Shown here piece by piece: positions 45,800 through 51,111 of a DNA stretch of 51,111 bases. The notes beneath the pieces were generated by a model. It had not been told where the DNA came from, did not search any database, and saw only the letters and a list, made by a program, of their open reading frames with translations. The first letter of the stretch is position 1. Each line of letters opens with the position of its first letter. Location of the stretch: IMG/VR virus record IMGVR_UViG_3300009786_000019, positions 1 to 51,111 of that record, one strand, 5' to 3'. Source of the DNA: a virus. Its lineage: Duplodnaviria > Caudoviricetes. A program made the position numbers and the translations under genes.

Positions 45800-46258
45800 T
45801 TAGTAATGTTTGACATTTTCGGGGTCTGATATTCTTGCAAGAATCTCATCATCGTTCAAAATCCTTACCTCCCCGCCGTCAATGGAAAACCGTGATCCGG
45901 CATAACGGGCAAACATCACCCAGTCTTTTTCTTTACACCACGGACCTATGGGAAACTTTTCGGGATCTTTGTACGCTAAATCGCCAACTTTCAAAACATA
46001 CCCTACTTGCGTGGAAATATGCTGTTGTTCCACGGACTCTTTGGGTAAAGCAATCCCCCCGGTAGTCTTACCTACACCTCTGTACGGAAGAATAAGTATT
46101 CTCCAGCCGGTAGGTGACGGCAATTTTTCCAGTAAGGTTTCGCCTATGTTTTCGGGTCTAAGATAAGGCTCTTCTTGATATGCATCCTCCAGCGTAGCTG
46201 CTTTAACGCTTTGGCTGGGGGCCGCAGAAAGGTCTATTTTTGACTTACTCATCATCAT
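45800..46258 (-). CDS. groES: GroES-like co-chaperonin
   Basis: PTGWRILI..TTGGIAL..ARYAG..ILNDDEILA. Confidence 0.85.
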   Translation of the reverse strand: MMMSKSKIDLSAAPSQSVKAATLEDAYQEEPYLRPENIGETLLEKLPSPTGWRILILPYRGVGKTTGGIALPKESVEQQHISTQVGYVLKVGDLAYKDPEKFPIGPWCKEKDWVMFARYAGSRFSIDGGEVRILNDDEILARISDPENVKHY

Positions 46259-46442
46259 GCTCCTGTTTTTCTAGCAGGTCTTTTAACTCCTGATCCACGT
46301 GATTTAGAGCTTCTAAATTGCCCATAAGTTCACGATATTGCTCCATAGACTTTACATTTCCGTAAATTAACGAATCTACAACAGATTGCCTACGATCTCT
46401 GGTGATTGAAAAAACTGCCGAAGCGGTTTTTATCTCATTCAT
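46245..46442 (-). CDS. Hypothetical protein
   Basis: 65 aa; first gene of the head operon. Confidence 0.65.
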   Translation of the reverse strand: MNEIKTASAVFSITRDRRQSVVDSLIYGNVKSMEQYRELMGNLEALNHVDQELKDLLEKQEHDDE

Positions 46443-46472
46443 TCTTATATTTACACATATAATCTTGGATCG

Positions 46473-46506
46473 TCAGATTTTATCTGATCAACTCTTATAT
46501 GTACAA
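46473..46506 (-). promoter_or_regulatory. Head-operon promoter with a palindrome over the -10
   Basis: TTGTAC-18-TAAAAT; TCAGAT-TTT-ATCTGA. Confidence 0.5.
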
Positions 46507-46510
46507 CACC

Positions 46511-46963
46511 TTATACGGTTTTACAGTCTTCTCCTTGCCACAACAGGGCTTCGGCCTCTCTTCTTCGCACCAGTCCTTCTAAAACTTTACCACCTGCTCG
46601 GTTCCAGCGTTTCATCTGATAAGGAATGTCAGCCCGGCTACTATCACTATCGTCGTTAATACGCTGAAGAAGAGTAGACTTCCGTAAGTTAGTTCCACCG
46701 AGGTTGTAGACCCAAGAAACGAGCGCATCGAACTCATTTTGTTTGAGAGGTACGTTGACAAGTTTTTGTATCGTTGCTTCAAACTCCTCAAGATCCTCCT
46801 GTAATAAAACATCAGATTCTCCCTGTGTACATGTATCACCTTCTTGAACGCCCGCAGTGTGTCCATAACCAATCGTCCATACGGAAGCACTGCACTGATA
46901 AGCTTCAAGTTCGCAGCCTTCAAATTTTTTAATAAGAGCAATCCCTTCCGCACTTGTTTTCAT
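46511..46963 (-). CDS. Endolysin (GH24 lysozyme)
   Basis: IKKFEG..AYQC..WTIGYGHT..GLVRRREAE. Confidence 0.92.
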   Translation of the reverse strand: MKTSAEGIALIKKFEGCELEAYQCSASVWTIGYGHTAGVQEGDTCTQGESDVLLQEDLEEFEATIQKLVNVPLKQNEFDALVSWVYNLGGTNLRKSTLLQRINDDSDSSRADIPYQMKRWNRAGGKVLEGLVRRREAEALLWQGEDCKTV

Positions 46964-47004
46964 CCTAACTCCATACATATAAGAGAAAGACTACCACAAA
47001 CCCT

Positions 47005-47172
47005 TTATTTTTTCTTGGATGTTTCACGTGGAACTTCAACGTAAGCTTCATTAACGTCAGGAGTCGATTTGTCATCCCCAACAAACTGGCCTTTAGCATC
47101 TCTTGCTCTTACTAAATCAACTTCTTTCTTAGCAAAGAATTTCAAACTAATACGTTTTAACCATTTAATCAT
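47005..47172 (-). CDS. 55-aa hypothetical protein
   Basis: Hand-translated MIKWLKRISLKFFAKKEVDLVRARDAKGQFVGDDKSTPDVNEAYVEVPRETSKKK. Confidence 0.65.
   Translation of the reverse strand: MIKWLKRISLKFFAKKEVDLVRARDAKGQFVGDDKSTPDVNEAYVEVPRETSKKK
47020..47035. promoter_or_regulatory. parS: parS-like ParB-binding site
   Basis: TGTTTCACGTGGAACT; the reverse complement matches TGTTNCACGTGAAACA at 15/16. Confidence 0.65.
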
Positions 47173-47181
47173 TTTAGTTTG

Positions 47182-47328
47182 TTAGTCCTTATCCTTTTTG
47201 TTGTGTAAATCAAATAAAGCTATTATTTGTTTTTTAATATGTCCCACATCGACATGTAATTTGATTAGGGAATAGACAACCACGGACACCCCCCCCAGAA
47301 TAAGGATTAGGGTGTTAATGACATCCAT
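47182..47328 (-). CDS. 48-aa TM protein
   Basis: Hand-translated MDVINTLILILGGVSVVVYSLIKLHVDV...KKDKD. Confidence 0.55.
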   Translation of the reverse strand: MDVINTLILILGGVSVVVYSLIKLHVDVGHIKKQIIALFDLHNKKDKD

Positions 47329-47342
47329 TAGCTTTATCTCTT

Positions 47343-47735
47343 CTATTTTGATACGCCCTTATATTTTTCAAAGGAGCGCAAAGAACCAAGTCCTAATAAT
47401 CCGCCTAAAACAGTAAGGAGCGACGACATGTCAAAGTCCGGTAAATCCGGTATTTCCTGACCTGCATAGCTTAGTATAAATATTAGAAGTGGTTGAAAAA
47501 CAAAGTGCCATCCGAAAGCAATTGCACAAACCCAACCGACTAAGGGCCTCCAAGACGATTGAAACCAGTTACCTTGGGCCTCAAGCTTATTTACCTCTAT
47601 CTGAGCTAAGGCAACGTCATGTGCCTGTTTTTCGGCCATTGTGGCAATCTCGTGGGCCAAGGCGTTTTTCTGATCTTTGTCCTCTACAAATTTGTCTAAT
47701 AGACCGGTAACTGGACCAATGAGGGCTTGTAACAT
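47343..47735 (-). CDS. Holin (3TM/GTA-holin-like)
   Basis: WRPLVGWVC..LLGLGSLRSFEKYKG; near the endolysin. Confidence 0.8.
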   Translation of the reverse strand: MLQALIGPVTGLLDKFVEDKDQKNALAHEIATMAEKQAHDVALAQIEVNKLEAQGNWFQSSWRPLVGWVCAIAFGWHFVFQPLLIFILSYAGQEIPDLPDFDMSSLLTVLGGLLGLGSLRSFEKYKGVSK

Positions 47736-47745
47736 TTAAGGCTCC

Positions 47746-48048
47746 TTATTTTCTACTCATAAAAGCCGTAGCCCCAAAATAAGCGGCTACGATTGAAGCT
47801 TGCGCTATGTAGAACAACCCTAGTAAATCAGAAAGAGCTTGCACTCTTGAATCCGGCATGGCTGGAAGCATTAGAAAAATAGAAAAAAGCAACATGCTAA
47901 TCATGGCAAGCCAAGCCATTTGTTTTTGACTTTCTGCTTTTTCTTCTCGTAATTCCAGTTCCACCAACTGTTGTTGACGTTCCAACTCTTTGTCGGTTAC
48001 TTCGCCATCCCCATCTAGGTCATATTTTTCATATTGTTGGGTCACCAT
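47746..48048 (-). CDS. 2-TM membrane protein with an EF-hand-like loop
   Basis: DLDGDGEVTDKE plus two hydrophobic helices. Confidence 0.65.
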   Translation of the reverse strand: MVTQQYEKYDLDGDGEVTDKELERQQQLVELELREEKAESQKQMAWLAMISMLLFSIFLMLPAMPDSRVQALSDLLGLFYIAQASIVAAYFGATAFMSRK

Positions 48049-48332
48049 TTGACTCGATCCGCCCAATAAGCTGCTGACATTTTGCCTTTTGCTATGTTCT
48101 TAGCGTGACGCGCCTTAAAACTTTTGCGCTTGCGCTTCACGGCCTCACTTTCTCCCTTTTTGGGCTTACCTGCCGTCTTAGCCCCTTGCTGTCCAAACCG
48201 TATTGTTTTAACTTTATCTCCAACTTTTGCCACGACAATATGACTTTTTGTCGAGTGGTTTGGAGTGCGCTTCGGTTCGTTGAACCCTTCAACTTTCGCA
48301 CGTTTTAGCCTTGGGTCTTTTTCTTTAGCCAT
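48042..48332 (-). CDS. Basic hypothetical protein
   Basis: IRFGQQG..RKSFKARH..SAAYWADRVKW. Confidence 0.7.
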   Translation of the reverse strand: MAKEKDPRLKRAKVEGFNEPKRTPNHSTKSHIVVAKVGDKVKTIRFGQQGAKTAGKPKKGESEAVKRKRKSFKARHAKNIAKGKMSAAYWADRVKW

Positions 48333-49393
48333 TATCGAACAAAGGAACCAATGCCTTGTTGAAAAGGTACTGGACCCCCTTGGTAATAAGCAACAATCTC
48401 ATTGGGGGCTGGACGACGATTACCCTCTAAATTCATAGGTAAAATAGTCTGCTGACTGAAAGGACTCGGTGGCGGAGCCTGAATCGTATTGACTGGCTCA
48501 GAAAACGGGTTTGTAGAGATTGGGGGAATACCAACAGTATCATAAGACGGGAATACGGCCTCGCGTTCCACAGGGGTAATTACGTTCGGATAAATCTCGC
48601 TTGCTGGTAAAGGATAGGTAGGCGCTTGCTGTTGAAGCATGGGATCGGGTCCCACGCCATAGAGGGGTCCCCCCATGTAGGGGGGTATCGGGGTAGTGGT
48701 CGGGGTATCGGTGGTGCCGTTATCGGTGGTGCCGTTATTGGTGGTATTGGTAGTGCCAACCGGATCATTAATAGAAGGGATATATGCACCACCAAGAGGG
48801 GAGCCATAGCCATACGGATCTTCTACTGGTACGAACGTTTCCGGCTGTATGGGCATTGTTCCCAATACGTTTCCTTGAGAGTCGAACATAGAACCGGAGC
48901 TATCATAAGTGGCCCCTTCAACAGTGACCGGTACTTCTATATCACCAAAAGGTCCAGAAATTATTTTAGTGCGAACGCCCTGAAACGGGTCCCCCGCCAT
49001 AGGACTAGTGGTTGTGTAATTTTCTGGATCAAACATAAGGCCACCCTCCGCCATAGAACGGACCCCTGCGTAACCTTCTGGATCAGGCAAAGAACCTATG
49101 CCTTGCAACATATCAAGCTGCTGCATTATAGGGCCTTGAAGAGGGGAAGATGGGGGCATTGGAGGGCTGGCAGGTCTATCCGGGGTTCTTTGTAGAGTAA
49201 CCGTATCAGCGCCTTCAGGCATTCTAGAATCAACGTTTGAAAAAATCTTGTCTATATAACGCTGTGGCATACCATACTGAGCGGCTTGTTGCCGCCCTTC
49301 CGCTATATCAGCCGCTATGGACGCTTGAACCTGTGCCTGTGAAGGAGCTTCTGGCTGGTTGCCCCGAATTTGATCCCTTGTGAAAAATCCCAT
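48332..49393 (-). CDS. Pro-rich low-complexity protein (probable virion cargo)
   Basis: MAEGGL, YYQGGPV, QGIGSL/QGIGSF motifs. Confidence 0.6.
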   Translation of the reverse strand: MGFFTRDQIRGNQPEAPSQAQVQASIAADIAEGRQQAAQYGMPQRYIDKIFSNVDSRMPEGADTVTLQRTPDRPASPPMPPSSPLQGPIMQQLDMLQGIGSLPDPEGYAGVRSMAEGGLMFDPENYTTTSPMAGDPFQGVRTKIISGPFGDIEVPVTVEGATYDSSGSMFDSQGNVLGTMPIQPETFVPVEDPYGYGSPLGGAYIPSINDPVGTTNTTNNGTTDNGTTDTPTTTPIPPYMGGPLYGVGPDPMLQQQAPTYPLPASEIYPNVITPVEREAVFPSYDTVGIPPISTNPFSEPVNTIQAPPPSPFSQQTILPMNLEGNRRPAPNEIVAYYQGGPVPFQQGIGSFVR

Positions 49394-49402
49394 AGTAAAC
49401 CC

Positions 49403-49600
49403 CTAAGAGTAACCCATGTACCCGCCACCTTTCACAGCAGCGCCCATACCTCTGGCCGTCATTTTTTTCATTTTTTCCGGAACCGCAACATCTTTTGCAG
49501 TGCCGTAAGGAATCCTACCTTGACCCTTAATATCGGCATACGGAACAGCCGCAGGTGACTTGGTGGGAGTGTTTGTCACTATCTTTACTGTTCTAGCCAT
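49403..49600 (-). CDS. Small basic protein
   Basis: ARGMGAAVKGG; directly after the portal. Confidence 0.65.
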   Translation of the reverse strand: MARTVKIVTNTPTKSPAAVPYADIKGQGRIPYGTAKDVAVPEKMKKMTARGMGAAVKGGGYMGYS

Positions 49601-49601
49601 T

Positions 49602-51111
49602 TTAACGCCCCTGTTGTTTTAAAATTTCACGTTCTCTTGCTGCTGCTATTCTAGCCGCAGTTTGCGATTCTTGCGAATCCAAACGCTGGTTAAACTGTCT
49701 GTCCCGCATAGCAATAGTCTCTGCATTAAGCTCTACTTTGGTTTGATCAATCTGAGCATCCGCTTGATCACGCTGCGCTCGTAGCTGTAATTCCTGCTCT
49801 TTCAGTGCTACCAGAGGATCTGGCCCTTCCTGACCCGCGCCTGAAAGCTGCTGAGAAAGCTGCTGAAGTTGCTGCATCCCTTCTGCAACAAACTGTGCCG
49901 TCAATGCCTCTACCTGAAGCATCTCTTCTGGCGATAGAGGCTCACCTTCGCGCTCCGTCACTTTCTGCATATAAGCCACCGACGCCCGTTCACGAGCCGC
50001 CAGCTTAACATGTTGCAGTACGTGTTTTTGTAGTTGTACGGCGATTGGCGGTAAAGAAGCAACCATTGGTGTACCACCAAAAATTAAATGCGCCGTGATG
50101 TGCGCTTGGTGATCCTGACCCTCAAAAGCTTGCAACTCCAGCATATTCATGGAGTCTATGTTCTCTTGGGCAGGGTCCGTGGGCCGTGGGTCGGGAAGTG
50201 CTTTCATAATCCGATCAATATCCGTCACGCCCAACGCCTCGTACATATCACGATATACTTCGTGCAGGTTATGCAAATCGGGTGCTGCCGTCGCAAGTTC
50301 TAACTTACTTTGTGCTAAAGCAATACGCTGTGCCTGACTGAAAGTATTAGGATTACTGATCGGGATGACATCAATGCGATCATCAAAATCGTCTGCCATT
50401 ACGCTACGATCCGCGCCCGCTACAGCATACGGGTACTCTGGAGGAAGACTCTCACCCATTACCCGCGCAAGAATCCTAAATTCAATCCGCATGGCGTAAT
50501 GCAAGCGTTTATGGACTGCACTCATCACTCGTGAGCCTTGCTCAATCATCGCCATCGTCGTGCCAACCGCCGCCGATGGATCAGTATCACCAATTTTCAT
50601 GTCAGTAATGGTCGCAAACCGTTGACCCGCCTGAACAACAAAGCCTAATAGCTGAAACAGCGTGGGATCGGGTCCCTTAAAGGGTAACGGCATCAAACTA
50701 TCCCGAATTGCCCCGCCGGGAGCGTCTACATCCCTGAATTCACCGGGCTGGAGAGGCTCATCATTGTCCCTGATCCGTAGGCCACGGGCCTTGAACCCTG
50801 CGGGAAGGTTACTAAGCGTCCCAGCATCAATAAGTTGCCGTAAAGCAGACGTTGCCGTGCGGGAAAGGCCACCAATGGTGTGAATTAGCCCTAATCCGTA
50901 GAATCCGAAGCCCGGAAGGAACTTATAATGAACAAAATATTGGATTTTTTTCTTTAATTCGTCATCTTCGCCGTAATTTCTACGAATCGACAGTATTTGG
51001 CCGTTATCTTCCGATATGGTGACAATATACGGGACTTTTATCCCCGTAGGTTCGCCTTCTTCGTCCACATCTTCGTATCCTTCAAGGTCTAAATTGGCGT
51101 GAACCTCTAAA
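49602..51111 (-). CDS. Portal protein, C-terminal part
   Basis: FLPGFGFYGLGLIH..ALRQLIDAGTLSNLP; continues from 1..1058. Confidence 0.85.
   Translation of the reverse strand, partial: LEVHANLDLEGYEDVDEEGEPTGIKVPYIVTISEDNGQILSIRRNYGEDDELKKKIQYFVHYKFLPGFGFYGLGLIHTIGGLSRTATSALRQLIDAGTLSNLPAGFKARGLRIRDNDEPLQPGEFRDVDAPGGAIRDSLMPLPFKGPDPTLFQLLGFVVQAGQRFATITDMKIGDTDPSAAVGTTMAMIEQGSRVMSAVHKRLHYAMRIEFRILARVMGESLPPEYPYAVAGADRSVMADDFDDRIDVIPISNPNTFSQAQRIALAQSKLELATAAPDLHNLHEVYRDMYEALGVTDIDRIMKALPDPRPTDPAQENIDSMNMLELQAFEGQDHQAHITAHLIFGGTPMVASLPPIAVQLQKHVLQHVKLAARERASVAYMQKVTEREGEPLSPEEMLQVEALTAQFVAEGMQQLQQLSQQLSGAGQEGPDPLVALKEQELQLRAQRDQADAQIDQTKVELNAETIAMRDRQFNQRLDSQESQTAARIAAAREREILKQQGR
50989..51111. 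repeat. Terminal direct repeat (copy 2)
   Basis: Identical to 1-123. Confidence 0.95.

Noticed and set aside
47289-47296. C8/G8 tract as a phase-variation switch
   Set aside because: The frame is intact and encodes Leu-Gly-Gly-Val in a TM helix; no evidence of slippage without reads.
50989-51111. 123-bp repeat as a biological terminal repeat
   Set aside because: It falls mid-portal gene and looks like assembler overlap on a circular contig.

Overview
The window is a complete, circularly assembled tailed-phage genome of about 50,988 bp. Bases 1-123 repeat at 50989-51111, and the portal gene spans the junction. The layout is podovirus-like and typical of abundant marine proteobacterial phages; resemblance to HTVC023P-like/uvMED groups is recalled and not verified. 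Almost all genes are on the minus strand. The modules are: packaging (terL, portal, a distant terS); an early/accessory island of single-gene promoter-leader-ORF-terminator cassettes (4.6-11.3 kb); a probable iteron origin; replication (PolA with Leu762, SNase, UvrD-like helicase, AEP primase, SSB, and a divergent SNF2 helicase with an in-frame TAA); ejection proteins; tail and head genes; GroES; and lysis. I saw no integrase, tRNA or CRISPR array. The most striking unannotated signal is an apparent two-layer regulatory system at 11262-11575. A small ribbon-helix-helix repressor has candidate TATG(G/C/A)GA operators over nearly every early promoter. Directly downstream is a ~75-nt structured RNA with its own promoter and terminator, whose 5' seed is antisense to a UCAACU(A/U)A element in the leaders of seven early genes. 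Other highlights are a near-consensus parS site with no par genes, an rrn-type boxA, an ADP-ribosyltransferase-like cargo protein, and an ejection protein with two matched 5x18-aa repeat arrays placed symmetrically about a GAFGGSR turn. All functional assignments come from motif recognition without database searches.
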